Shown one piece after another: positions 35,089 to 48,000 of a stretch of 64,000 nucleotides of DNA. Origin of the DNA: Craspedostauros australis (lineage: Eukaryota); NCBI GenBank assembly GCA_030167865.1, contig JALAGF010000911.1, positions 1-64,000 of the forward strand. The letters run 5' to 3'. Both the position numbers and the translations under genes were made by a program. The notes beneath the pieces were generated by a model that was not told the DNA's origin, made no database searches, and was given only the letters and a program-made list of their open reading frames with translations. Numbering within the stretch: position 1 is the first letter of the stretch; every line of letters begins with the position of its first letter.

Positions 35089-35880
35089 TTACCTGATCTT
35101 GTAGTACCCGGCGACGTCGCTGGCGGACTTCTGCATCGGGTGGGGTCCGTGCTGGCGCACAGTGCCGTTACCGTGGTACTTGAGCGGTCGGAAGTAATGG
35201 GACGTTCCGGCCTCCTTGCGCTCCCACTGAGCGCAGGATCTGCCCTCGCGCTTGACGGTGTTGGCGATGGCCTGCGGGAGGAAGTTGTCCTGGTACTGCG
35301 CATCGTCGTCGCGCAGCTTGCGGATGACCGGCTCCTTGACCATGAAGCTCCAGCCGCGCTTCTTGGCGAAGTAGACGGCGTCTTGGGCGTTGCTGAAGTG
35401 CAGGGGCGTGTCGCATCCCATGGTGTCGGCGGTGGAGTTCCAGCCCATCAGCTGGTTGGTCCATCGATCGGCGACGGCTCCGTCGTCGTTGAAGGAGATC
35501 TTCCACACGCTCTCCGGGTTGAGCGGAGACTGGTTGGGCCGCGCGCGCAGCTGCTTGATGATCACCATGCGCTTGCGGCCGTCGGGCTGACGCTGGCTGC
35601 GCAGATGGGCGGGGTCCAGCGCGGTGACCTCGGCCGGGTTCTCGGGCAGGACGGGGGCCTCGATGATGTCGCCGGAGTCGAACACCATGGCGACGTCCTT
35701 GTCGGCCATCTGCTCCATGCGCTTCTCGACGGCCAGGGCATCCTCGGGCTCCTCGATCTCGCCGGCCTTGATGAGGCCCTTCTTCACGCTCACGGCCGTG
35801 CGCCGCGATCCGATCAGGGCGTTCGTGCAGGCCTTCGTGGCGCGTGCGGCGGCGGAACTGCGTGCGATGGAGGACAACAT
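35089..35880 (-). CDS. NDUFS4: Mitochondrial complex I subunit NDUFS4
   Basis: Presequence MLSSIARSSAAARATK. Motifs WKISF...RWTNQLMGWNSTADTM...LHFSNAQDAVYFAKKRGWSF...YQDNF, plus a C-terminal extension. Confidence 0.9.
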   Translation of the reverse strand: MLSSIARSSAAARATKACTNALIGSRRTAVSVKKGLIKAGEIEEPEDALAVEKRMEQMADKDVAMVFDSGDIIEAPVLPENPAEVTALDPAHLRSQRQPDGRKRMVIIKQLRARPNQSPLNPESVWKISFNDDGAVADRWTNQLMGWNSTADTMGCDTPLHFSNAQDAVYFAKKRGWSFMVKEPVIRKLRDDDAQYQDNFLPQAIANTVKREGRSCAQWERKEAGTSHYFRPLKYHGNGTVRQHGPHPMQKSASDVAGYYKIR

Positions 35881-36424
35881 CGTGTGCAACAGAGTCGAGC
35901 TTCTTGTTACGTCGTTCTTGACGATGGTGTTGACGATGGTGTTGATGGTGTTGATGTTCTTGAGTTGCTTGGCAGCTGCCAAACCAGGCAAGAACAACAC
36001 GAATCTCACCAACCAAGAAGGCGCAACAGTACGGTAGGCATCGCCTTGTTGCGACTCTCGCAATGAACGTAGCGCCTGTGCCGTTCGTGCCGTTCGCGTT
36101 GTTTTCTGCCATTGTGCTGCTTTTACTCCAGTTAGTCGAAGTCCCTTCTTCTGTCTGTCATTCAACCGTCGATGTCGAAGAAGGTCTTAGACTGCTCTGC
36201 GCAGAGTAGAGATATCGCCCTTCCTGTATTCGGAGTGCTCTGCAGTGGTTCCTTGCCAATGTTTGCTTGATCAATGATGCCCACGTACTCTTGTTACATG
36301 TACCTACTCTATTCGTATCTAAACAATGTGTTCTATTATGCTCGATTCAACTGTTAATGTGCATGTTTGCGTATGGTACAAATAGTGTATTGGCTTCCAG
36401 CCGTGATATGGATCAGCCATGCTA

Positions 36425-39400
36425 TCAGCAATCCACCTCCTCCGAGTCGGTGGAAAAGGCGATGGAAACATCGTCCACCGTTTCATCTGTCAAGGTGGGC
36501 GGGCGGATGTCGGCCGTTGCCACCGAGCCCCTGGACACGGTGCTCTTGGGTTTCAGGGTCGGCGTCATGTCGATGTTCAACGTGTCGTCCTCGACCACCG
36601 TGCTGGCCTTCGTCGACTTGTTCGATGACGTGTCGTCCTTGCTGTTGCTGTTGTTGAAGAGAATCACCTCCTCCTGGCTGTGCAGTACGACCGCGGTGTC
36701 CACCTCAGCGCATTTGGATTCTTTGTAGCGCCGCACCATTCTCTCCACGATGGCTTCGCCCTTGTCGGCCCATTCCCTGCGGTTGTCGATGGCGTAGTTC
36801 AGACATTCGTCGATGCTTACGCCGAAGATGCCGCACTTCTCCAGCTTGCCGGCCAACGGGATGATGTAGTTGTCGAAGAACCACAGCTCGCCCTTGTACC
36901 AGCCGAGCGATGGGTCCTTCATGGCGCGTCCGTTCTCGTACGCTCTGTACATCTCTTGGAACAGCTTTTCATTCCACCTGGTGTACACTTGCCAGTCTGC
37001 AGTGGTAAAATGGAGAACAACATGGGTAAAATAGGTGAGCGAGCCAGTGAGTAAGTGATTGAGTGAATGGAAGACGCGCATTCGTCAATTGGAAGCCAAC
37101 AACAACAACCGAACATTCATTGATGTGCAATTATCATTGGATGTATCGAGAAGTATTCGCCAAGCGGATAACGAGCATTGAGAGCAAGAAGTCGAACTTA
37201 CGTTGCATGGTGTGGGCGACGTCTGCCGCCTGGATGATTGCTTCGATGACGATGGAGGCCTTCAGGTCGGCATCCTGGTTGTCTGGATGGAACGCCTTCT
37301 CCCATCGGTTCTTCTGCATTTCCTTTCCAGCCTTGTCGAAGATGTCGGTGGAGATCACCATGTTCACGACCATCTGACGGAAACGCATCAGTTCCGATTC
37401 ATCCGCGAACATGCACTGCTGCAGATTGCTGAATGCGGAATCCGTCAGCATGTCCCAGGCAATGTCGATCGAGTTGGATTCGGCGATGCTGCGCGATCTG
37501 TACTTCTCTGCCATCCCAGGATTCTCCTTGCCGAGCTGAGCATTGGAAACGCCAGAGTGATCAACGTCGTGCACGAGCGCGGAAAACATAATTGCGACGT
37601 GCGTCAACGGATCTGACGTAATGCCGAAGGTGTAGTCATGAAGATCGGATGCGATGGCCTTCACGGAGCTGCGGTGGTAGTTCACATCTTCAGGCTTCAC
37701 AATTCGGCTCAGCAGCTTGCTGGCCGACATGCAGACGTGCGATGCGTGCGCAAAGTTATGGAACGGGTTGCCTTCGTGGTACAGAGCCGCGATGCGAGTG
37801 ACGTACTCGCGGAGCTCTGACATGACCTCCTTGGGGAGTTGGATCGTGGTTGGACGAGCTCTGGCCTTCGCAGCCCGAGGATCGAACTGCGGCATGTTGA
37901 TCGTTTCAGACACCTCGTCGACTACTGGCTCTCCTCGGGTGACGACGTTGGCCGGATCCTCCATAGGATTCGACATGTCTCTCCTGCGACCGGCGGACAG
38001 TTGCTTCAGCAGCTTGGCGAACAGATCCACCTGCCAGTCAATCCACCGCCCGTACTTCAATGCAAGCTGCGAATTCATCGTGTCGCTGACTTGCTCTGTG
38101 ATGTTCTCGTCGAAGCCCCATACCGATCCATTGTCGCTCATCAAGCTGCCTTCGTCCGACGTCTCATCGATCTGGTTGTAGCGAGACGGACGAATCGATG
38201 CCTTCTTGATGGCGCTTCGTTCGCTGCCGTCTTTCGGTTCCCTCGCCGTTAGCACCCAGTATGTTTTCACCGCACCCTTGCCCTTGGCATACACAACGTC
38301 GCTGCGTTCCAAGATCCAGTTGGCCTTGCCAGCCTGGATGAGCTGGTCCGCGGTGGTGTTCGAGATCTGGATCCGGCTCCTCATCCCTGTGCTCTCCATA
38401 CGCGACGCCGTATTCACCGTGTCACCAAATAGCTGGAAGCGAGACTTCTCGCCGCGCAAAACACCTGCGGTGACTGGTCCGCTGTGCAAGCCAAACCTCA
38501 TCGTCAAATCACCGGTGCCCGGTCCAAGCTGCACCTCCAGTTTCTTCGTAATCTTCGCCACCTTTTGCATGCAAGCACGTGCGAATTTCGTCATTCTCAC
38601 GGCGTGGTCTGAATAGAGTAAAGCGTCATACGAGTATTGTGAAGAATGGAGGGTTTGGGAGAGTTGAGCATTTCATTCGTGTTTGAGGTATGTCCGTTCA
38701 TCGTCGTTGTCACGATGATGATGGACAAGACAGAAGTGCGTGTGAGAGAGGACGGCTGCATGTCATCACATTCGATAGATTTACAAACAGTACAGGCGTA
38801 GCGCTGCTGCGAATCATCGCTGGTTGTCGCTTTCGTGGTGTAGTAATATGTTAAATGCAGTGCAGTGCAGAACAACATCGTCCAGCACAGCATGATAATG
38901 GGTGGTGGTACTTACCATCTTGACGATCAGGACATCCAGTGACTGCAACGTAGCAGTCTCCAATCGTCTGAAAGACGAAACAACACAAAACAAAATGCAA
39001 CAGTACGTGTGTGGTGGGAACACCCCGAATAAACGAATGGAGGAACGAACGAACAGATGGATAGGTGAATGATTGAGTGAGTGAGTGTACGGATGCATGC
39101 ATGAATGGACCGAGATGTGCATGAGTCGTTTTGCACATTAGTAGAGCATGCAGCAGACGAACTTGATAGTCAAATTGTATCAAGTTGCTGGACGTCCCAC
39201 ATGACGTTGCTTGTGAGGAAACGACACCAACCCACCAACCAACCAAGTGAGCAAGCACAACATGACGAGAGCAGACAAAGCAAAAGAAAACGAGGCAATC
39301 ACACCGTACGAGTAGAACATACCTCCACCTTGTACACAGCGCGACGTCTCGCTAGGATGTCAAATGATTGGAAGATGGTTTGCAAGAGCGTGAATACCTG

Positions 39401-42400
39401 CAATCGGCGACGGATGATGGATTGGAGAAGAATGAAATGAAATGAAAGGAAACGCATCAGAATATTGTTAGAAGATGGTGAACAACATATCCGTAGTTCT
39501 CGCACTCGTATACGCAATGTAACAAAAAAAAAAATCAACGCGCCTTCCGTGTGCCATTGATTATCCATTGTTTGGGAATGAGTTGGCACAAAAAGATGCA
39601 GCTCACGTCAACGCACCGACGCACCAATGCAAGTGCACATACACGCGCACACACCACAATCCAGCCCAACTCAATACAATACAATACAACACCATCTGTC
39701 ACTCACCTGTTCCGGTTCACGTTCGCTGCTCCAGGCGGTGAATCCAGAAATATCTCCAAAGAGGACGGTGCAGTTAGGGAACAGATCTGCGATGGGCTTG
39801 TCGGGCAGCACCAACTCAAAGGAATCATCGTCAGGCACATCGTCGCGTTCGGAATGCCTGCTGTGATCCTGGTTTAGCACGAACTTCAACCTCAGCTTGG
39901 GTGGCGCCAACGCGGCGAAACCTGCCATGGCACCCGAGAACAGCATATCGGGGACACCCTTGAAGATCTTGTCCTGATGCATGCTGGCACGTCGTGGCGC
40001 GACATTGTTGGAATCGGAATTGCTGCGGTGCCCCGAGTCATTCGATCGACGGCGGCTGCCAGAGTCGTTGCTGCGTCGGCGACTGCCGGAATCGTTGGAT
40101 CGCCGTCGTCCACCGGAGTCATTGGATCGCCGTCGGCCACTAGAGTCGTTAGAACGGCGGCGGCCTGCCTTGTGGTGGTAATTGATGCTGCCGTTGCTGT
40201 TGCTGTTGCCGTTGTTGCTGTTGCCGTTGGTCGCAATGCCCTGATCGAAGCTCTTGCGTCGTTCCGTACCGCCTCCGTTGCCGCCGTAGTGGCTAGTGCT
40301 GTGATCTTTACCTCCGTTCACGCTGCCGTTGACAGACCCACCTGCGCCAGCGCCCAGCAGCGACATGCTCATGCGTCGCAATGGCTGCGTCATGTTCGCG
40401 TTGCGTTCAATCTCCGTGGCTTTTTCTTCCTCCTCCTGAAGCAGTCGGTCACGGACGTTGGCGGGGAAGAGAGAGGAGACGATGGCACGGCTCTCGCGTG
40501 CGGACTTGACGGCATTCCACATGCGTCGTTGCACGAAGTAATCGTACGTCATGGCCATGACGGCGATGAGCACGACCAATGCCGCCAAGCTGAGCGCCAA
40601 TGTCAGCGGCAGCGACGAGGTGAATTGATCCTCCATGGAGCCTGTGGGGTAGATGCGGATATTGTAGTTGGGACACAGTGAATCGGCGCCGTTGTCATCG
40701 ATGCCAGTTTCCCACGTGATGGACTGCTCCAAACCGTTGAATTTGCTGTGATGCCGATCCGAATTATCCAGAAACGTCGTACTCGTGGATGTCACGTGGT
40801 ACGAGAAGACGTCACCACATGCATTCTCCACAACGACCATCGTGGGTGCGTCGCCATTGTCAGTGTCTGCCATGTCGCTGATTTGCAACGAGAGGAGCTC
40901 ATCGAACGATGCCGTGGCAGAAAGAATGGCCACGATCTCGCGTTCCGAGGCATCAAGCGAATTGAACACTGGAATGTTCATGGTAATCATGGGATGCTCC
41001 TTTTTGCCAGTCTCCGCATTGTTGCCATCATCACCTTCTCCAATTTGCAAGTGCTGGAAATAGTTGTTGACGAAATCTGTTGGTAGAACTCGCGTCATGG
41101 ACAGTTTGGATTGCTGCAAAGTCTGCTGCAGCGCGTTGGACTGGAAAGGCACGGACAACTGGTCGAGGTTGATATTGGAACCTATCGTCGGCACGGTTTG
41201 CCACGTCGGCAATATCTCCGTTGTCGTTGTCGTCTGCGCACCATCGTACTCCCGAATCGTGTGCGTAATTGTGGCGGCATCCTCTGCAACCGAATAGGGA
41301 TACCACGAGACATACGATGAAGCATCCGCAACCCACGCCTGCGCAGCATCTTGCGAGTACGTCTGCCACAATTCCTTCTCGCCGTCATCCAGAATTGGCA
41401 GCAGACTGACGGATAGGTACGGCAAGCTGTCTCGCAGAATCTCCGCGTGATAGTCGAAGTTTGGAATATTTTGAAAGGGCCACAGCGTGGTTCGATTATT
41501 GACATTCGCGATGGCAACGATGGAGTCTTCCATGGCGCTGCTGCTGAGCGTGATGGAGATGCTCATGGCCTCCATCGATGTCTTCCATTGCTGGTACTGC
41601 GTTGCGAAATGATCCAGGAGCAGGCTGGAATCGAAGTGCCGATTGAGCTGATCTTGCTGCGAGTCTCGAATCGTGTCGTGGATGATGATGGGCGCCCCGA
41701 TGGACATGCTGATGAATAGCATGATGACGATGCAGCGCAGTATCGCGGCGCGCTTCGTGTCCTTGCGGCCCATGATGTTGATGGCCTCCTCGTCCATGTA
41801 GCTGGATGCGTCGTCGAAATTGTTGTGCAGATCGTAGGACGATTCTTCGGATTCGCTGTACTCTTGGTACGTGAGCCAACGTTCGCTGTTGGGGAAGGAG
41901 GTTTGTCTGTGGCTGATATGGCTGGAGTATATGCCGTTCGTGCCGGCATCCCTGCTATTGCCGCTGGTCCGGACCTTGTCGTCGCCCGTATCGGCGTTGG
42001 CGTTGAGAACCTGGCTGGCCTGCGCCGATATGGGAGGTGACGACGAGGTTGGCGACGAGCCGGAGGACTGCAAGCTCAAGGAACGGCTGCCCGATGCCTT
42101 GCGCAAAAACTTGGAACGGTCTCTGAGCCGCCGCTGGCTTGGCTGTCGCTGGGGTTGCAGTTGCGGTCGTTTGCGTCCCATGGACCACGGCGCCGGACGT
42201 GACGGCAGCAAGGCATCGGGCTGCGCTCGGACTTGCGCCTGCGCTTGCGAATGTGACTGCGAGAGAGGGTTGGTGCCGGGGCTGCCAGGCTGGTGGTGGT
42301 TGAACCGCTTTGCCGAACGCGGCAGGATGATGGCAGACGAGGGCGGTACAAAGGTGGGCATGGACGGGGAACCTCCGCCGATGTCCATGACCCTGCTGTT

Positions 42401-42823
42401 GCCCGTGGTCGCATTCGAGTTTGTGCGCACATCGGCATTTGATTGCGATGCAAGGTTCATGCCTGTCATGGCGTTGTCATGGATGCTGCTGGGGTACTCT
42501 ATTCCATCTTCCAAATCCGCCCCATAGTCCATCGTTCTGGGAATCAGAGTCGGCGTGATAGATTTTGGGCTGAATGCCGGCGACGTCTTGACGAGGGTGT
42601 TGGATGTTGTCGTTATCGTTGCCATCGGCGGTGTGGCTGCGGTATCTCCATTCCTCCCTCTTGATGCAGCTGCAGCAGCCATAGCAGCGGCAGCGACCGT
42701 CGGAACTCCCGTATTCGCAACAGCGGCAGCCGACGAGCTGGGTAGCAATGCCTTGTGCCTCTGATGATGCTGGCGCCAGTCGAGTTGTTCCTGCATTTGG
42801 GGAGTTGGCATCATGGTTGACAT
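36425..42823 (-). CDS. Receptor-type class III nucleotide (guanylate-like) cyclase fused to a class I cyclic-nucleotide phosphodiesterase, 5 exons (about 1740 aa)
   Basis: Exons 42823..39707, 39397..39323, 38967..38916, 38608..37202 and 36996..36425 sum to 5223 nt in frame. Two TM helices flank an extracellular domain. Cyclase motifs TVLFGDISGFT, YKVETIGDCY, GLHSGPVTAGV and FGDTVNTASRMES. PDE motifs FHNFAH, HDVDH and AADVAHTMQHW. Confidence 0.92.
40031..40163 (-). repeat. Coding 27-nt tandem repeat encoding (RRRSNDSxx)x5
   Basis: Translation RRRSNDSSG RRRSNDSGG RRRSNDSGS RRRSNDSGS RRRSNDSG, with synonymous divergence between units. Confidence 0.88.
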
Positions 42824-45039
42824 ATGGTTAGCGTATGGTATGACCTGATACGGCAGTGGCTGTCTTTGTGGAAATGAGACAGTTCGATTCTGCGTGACCT
42901 TGACTTTGGCCTCGACTTTGGATCAGAGCGAAGTTGCGGTCGCGATTGTGGCACAATGACCTTCGATTGTCCCAACGAGATGCTCCTGCGATGGGTCAGT
43001 GGGGAGCCCGAAGTCCTTTCGACGCCGACTGCTTCTCTGCGTTGCTCCGTGGGCGCTTCACTCTATTTGACTGAGGCCGGTTTGTCGATTTGTTCCGCAA
43101 GAGCCTGACGATCACAGCCGCGATGGTATTTACGAGTACAGCACGAATACGACTATAGTCGTAGTACGATCTACGGATATGATCCAAGTTCTCTGCTCTA
43201 TCAGCGCCTGTACGACTAATCGAAGGGAAGAGAGGAACAAAAGCGCGATGGGATGCAATGCTTTCTGTCGCTCGTACGTGAAGTACAACTATGAGTGTGG
43301 GTGCCTGTACGAGCAATGAGTCTGTTGTGCACAAGAGTGGTTTGGTAAGGTCAACCAATCAATCAATGCGGATGCCGTTGATGCCGTTGATGTCGTTGAT
43401 GTCGTTGATGCCGAAAGAGAGGAAGACGATTGATGTTGTGAGAAAACGAATTGGAAAGGACAGTCACTTCACAACACTCCCATGATGATGCTTGGTCATG
43501 TTCAGGGAACCATCCATCCAATTACATCCATCCAATATAGTATAATAGGATGCACGCAGTTGCAATCCGCCGGTTTGATCCAACAACACGCACTGGGTTG
43601 GGCATTTATTTTATGTTGCCCCGGTCAATGCCTCCATCTGTTCAAACCACCCACAAGGACAGGAAACATTCTCTTCGTACCTTCGGCTCCGGAGTTGGGA
43701 GTGTACCGATAGTCCGCACGGATGCAACCTACGAGCGATCGTGTGATACTCTGTCAATAAAACCGAAGATCTGCTGGCGATGGCAGAACAAACCAATCCA
43801 CCCAATGATGTTGGAGACAAGCAGAGTCAGTCTCCTTGCAACTGGTGGTCACGCGGCTACCGTTGATGTTACCGTTGCCGTTGGTGATGTTGATGCTGTC
43901 CGATTCCTCCGTCCCTTGCTCCTTTTCTCTCTCTCTCTCTCTCTCTCTGATCCCTTGGTTTGTCGTTTGTCACGTCATGCACCTCTCTCTCTCGCTCTCT
44001 CGCTCGTGTTGTATCTCTTGCTTGGCCCTTGGTGTTCGTATTGTTGTGAGCGTGCCTTTGTGAACATTGTTGGTGCTGCCCCATTCCTGCCACAAATTAT
44101 GTAGCGTCGATTCATTCGACCAATCGAGGTTATAGTGATAATTACCTGGGCCTTTAATTCTGACTCATGAGCTCTTCGAGGACCAACCAAAAGTGACGTA
44201 ACATCGCATTGACAAAGTTCCCTCCTTCTTCGCAATGACCGTGATTGGAGTCCTTCGAAGAACTCGCGCGACAGCTTGCTTTTGTAGATTCGAGTCTTCT
44301 CCATCCATTGCGAACCCCCAACAAGCAATCCTTCCGTCGTCTTCCGTCTCCCCAACAGTTTGTCTCGCACAACAAAACAACAAAGGACATTCTATCTTTG
44401 ACAAGAACACGCTCCGTCCCATCATCAACGCACTCGTCACCCATCACACGTGATTTGTGCAGCGGCCTTCTGCTCTTGATTTCCGCCTCGTCCAATTGTG
44501 TCTGACGGCGGGTCTCTTCCTTGGTTCAAGGGGCGTCATCGTTCGATTTCTCTGTGCCGCATGGACCTTTGCGTTTTTTGTTTTTGTCTCTGCCTCTTTG
44601 CCGAGAAGCGATTGTCGTCATGTCCAAAGTGCCTGTGGAGCGGATTGGGAGCATTGTTGCTTGTTGTATCCATTGCAACCAAGATGATGAAAACAAGACG
44701 CGAAACCGCGGCGAAGTTGCACGCCGATCCCGTTTTCAACCTCAAGTCGCAATATGAATTCAACAAACCTATTTTACCATGGCTTCCATTTCTGAATGCA
44801 GAATACTTGTTTTATTATATATTTCACCGCCACTCCATATATATTATTGTTGATTCATGGGTGAATCTCAATCACGATGACATCCAGAGCGAACGAATGC
44901 GCGCGACAAATTCTGGCAGATCACGAAACAGACATCTCTCTTCTCTTGTGTGAAGATTGTGGAGTGAAGAAACACGCGTCCATCATCCCACAATCATCAT
45001 GGAATCAACGAGGATGCTGTCCTTCTTGAAGATCCCAGC

Positions 45040-48000
45040 ATGAGCATATCGCAACGCGCCGTCGGCGGCTTTGTCGATCTGTTGGATCTTGGCGACGATG
45101 GTGGTGATACTCAAGACCGCGATGACGATGATGACAATGATCATGATGATGACAATGATGATGACATCGTGGTGATGTCTGATAGCAACAATGATGGCGA
45201 TCCCCATGATGGTATGCAAGATGACGATGACAAGTCGACATCGAGCGAAGTGACACGAGGACAGGAGCCCGACACAGACAAGGCCAACGAACTCAAGTTC
45301 GCCGAGATCTGCAGAAGGCTGGAGAACTGCTGGAAGCACCGACACGGCCGCCATTCCATCAACCAAAAGAAGAGGCTCAAGCACACGGAAATCCTCACTC
45401 ACATCATGCCGGCCAAGCTCCTCGAGATGATGGACGGCCAATCCATCTATCCCTTCCTGCGATTGCTCATGCCGGATATTGATTCGGCGCGCATGCACAT
45501 GGGCATGAAGGAGCGCAACATCATCGCGGCGTACTGCGATTGCATGGGCTTTCGCGAAGGTTCTGCTGCGGGGGACATGCTGCGCAACTACACCAACCCG
45601 CACAAGGTGCCGAAGGAGCTCATGGCCGGCGATCTGTCGCTGGTGGTGCAGCACGCGGTGACGGACAGGGTGCCTCAGCAGTTCTCCTCCATCACCGTGG
45701 GCGAGATCAACGCATTGCTGGATGAGCTCGTCGAGTTGGCGAAACCGCCGTCTGCGCGGCGCGGCAACGCGGATGACTCGGGAGACACCAAGCCGCCGTG
45801 GCAACGATCCAGCCAGAACCAGACCTTGAGGGCATCGCAGGCGCAGGGCATCTACTCATCTCTCGAAGGCCTCTCGCAAAGTCAGGTGATGTCCGCCTCG
45901 CAAGGCATGACCTGCAATATGCTGAGCCAGGGATTGCTGTCGGCGCTGGAGACCAACACGAACATCAACAGAGGATCCTCGGCGACCCCAGCATCCTCGA
46001 GTCAGCGGCGCAGCAAGAAGATCATGCGCCAAAACTGGTTGCAAAAGGTCAAGAGCCATGGACTGTGCCCGTTGGAACATAAGTGGCTCGTTCGCATCCT
46101 TCTCCAGACGCTCGAATTTGGTGTTTCGTGGAGATCCATACTGAAGGTAAGCAACTTGATCGCAACACCATACTCTACCCTATTGGATTGTGTGACAATA
46201 CATCGTAGTATGGCACATTGCATTGGATGAGGTTGGATTGAGTAGATATCCATCGGAAGATTCTGCGAATGGAAATGCCGTGCTCTCCATTCTCATTCAA
46301 CGCCTTCCACACGCTCACTCCACTCTCTTTTGCCATCGTACTCCAACCTACCCACTCATCGCAACGCAACCGAACGGAATGGAACGTGCTGCAGTGGTAT
46401 AGTCCATTCGCAATTGAGCTTTGGAATGCGCACAACGACCTCAAGAGCTTGTGCGACCAGCTTGCCGATCCCGATTACCACGCGCGCAGAGAAGCTCAGC
46501 GCAAGCTGCAGCAGGAGATCATGGAAGGCAACGCCTCCAGGTGGGAGCCGCAAGTCGAACCGGTGGTCCTGCACAACACCATCTCGCCAATGCTCTCCAG
46601 CAGAGTATCCTTCGCCAAATGCATGACCAGCTTGCAGCTGAATCACGGAAAGTACATCAGCAACCACGTCGATAAGAAGAAGCGGGGCAAGTTGCTCACG
46701 CTGCGATTCCCACCCATCTGCTCCGAAATCAAGTTGGATGGAGAGCGTTTCATCGTCCACATCTCACACGGCACCGTCACGATGCAAACCAGGCGAGGCA
46801 ATTGGTACAGCCAGCTGTATTCGCCAGTCCTCGGCCCGGCCATTCGCAGATCGATGCGCCGATTCAAAAATCTCGACGTCATCCTCGATAGCGAAGTCAT
46901 CGCATGGGACGACATGCGCCAGGAAGTTGTTCCATTTGGTGGCAACCGCTCCGTCGCCTTTGCTCGACGTGCATACATGCGCAGAATGGGCTTGGCGGAA
47001 GACATCGATCACAATCTGCACAGCGATGCGCCCAGAAACGTATTGGTTATGACCGAGAAGGATGATTTCAAATTCTCGTACATAAAAGACAACTCGCACA
47101 ACGCAGAAGATGATGATCCTGGCGAGAAGTGCTGGCTCATGCTGGTCTCATTTGATATTCTGTACCTCAAAGGCAAGGATTCCAAACGGTTGCTGGAGCT
47201 TTGCAGCATCCCGCCCACAGACAAGGGAGGACGTTCTGCGACCGGCTCCATCCTCCACTTGCCAGCGATGCACCGCAAGAGAATCCTGCACACGCTCATC
47301 GAAGAGCAGCCGCACGAGGTGGAGATCTGCAAGTCTATGGTCATACGCCCCACCGGTGACCACATCGATGGCGAGCAGTACTTCTCAACGGACAAGGAAC
47401 TGACGGAGTGCGGACATCCCGTGTGGAAGCTCGATCTTACGCAGGAAACCTTCCGCGAAGATATCTCAGACCTTCTCGCCATCGACGACCAGCGTCGTCA
47501 GCGCAGGAGCACGACGGAAATCTCCATGATGCGATCCAATGCCATCGATGCATTCTACAAGGAGGTTGTTGAGAAGTACCAGATGGAAGGTCTCGTCATG
47601 AAAGACCTGGCATCACCGTACGTGCTGGGAGAGGCATCGAGGGGCAGGAAGTTCTGGTGGAAGTACAAGCCGGATTACGAGAAGACTGGTGCGACAGATA
47701 TTGACGTTGTCATCCTGGGTGCCTACTTTGCATGCGGCATGAAGACTTCGGGCAAGCCGTCGCGGTTTCTTTGCGGATGCCGCGACTCCAAGCAGCCTTC
47801 GACGTACATGACATGCTTCAAGGTCAACGGCTTGACGACCGACTACGATACGTTGGACATGATCCTGGGATTGACGGGCTTCAAGACAGCATCCAGAAAT
47901 CACGATGCCGAACTCGGCAAATGGTACCGCCACGAAGATCATGGAAAGGGGTTGCCTGATTTCATTTCGGAACGGTCCTTGGAACGTTCCTCCGAGGGCG

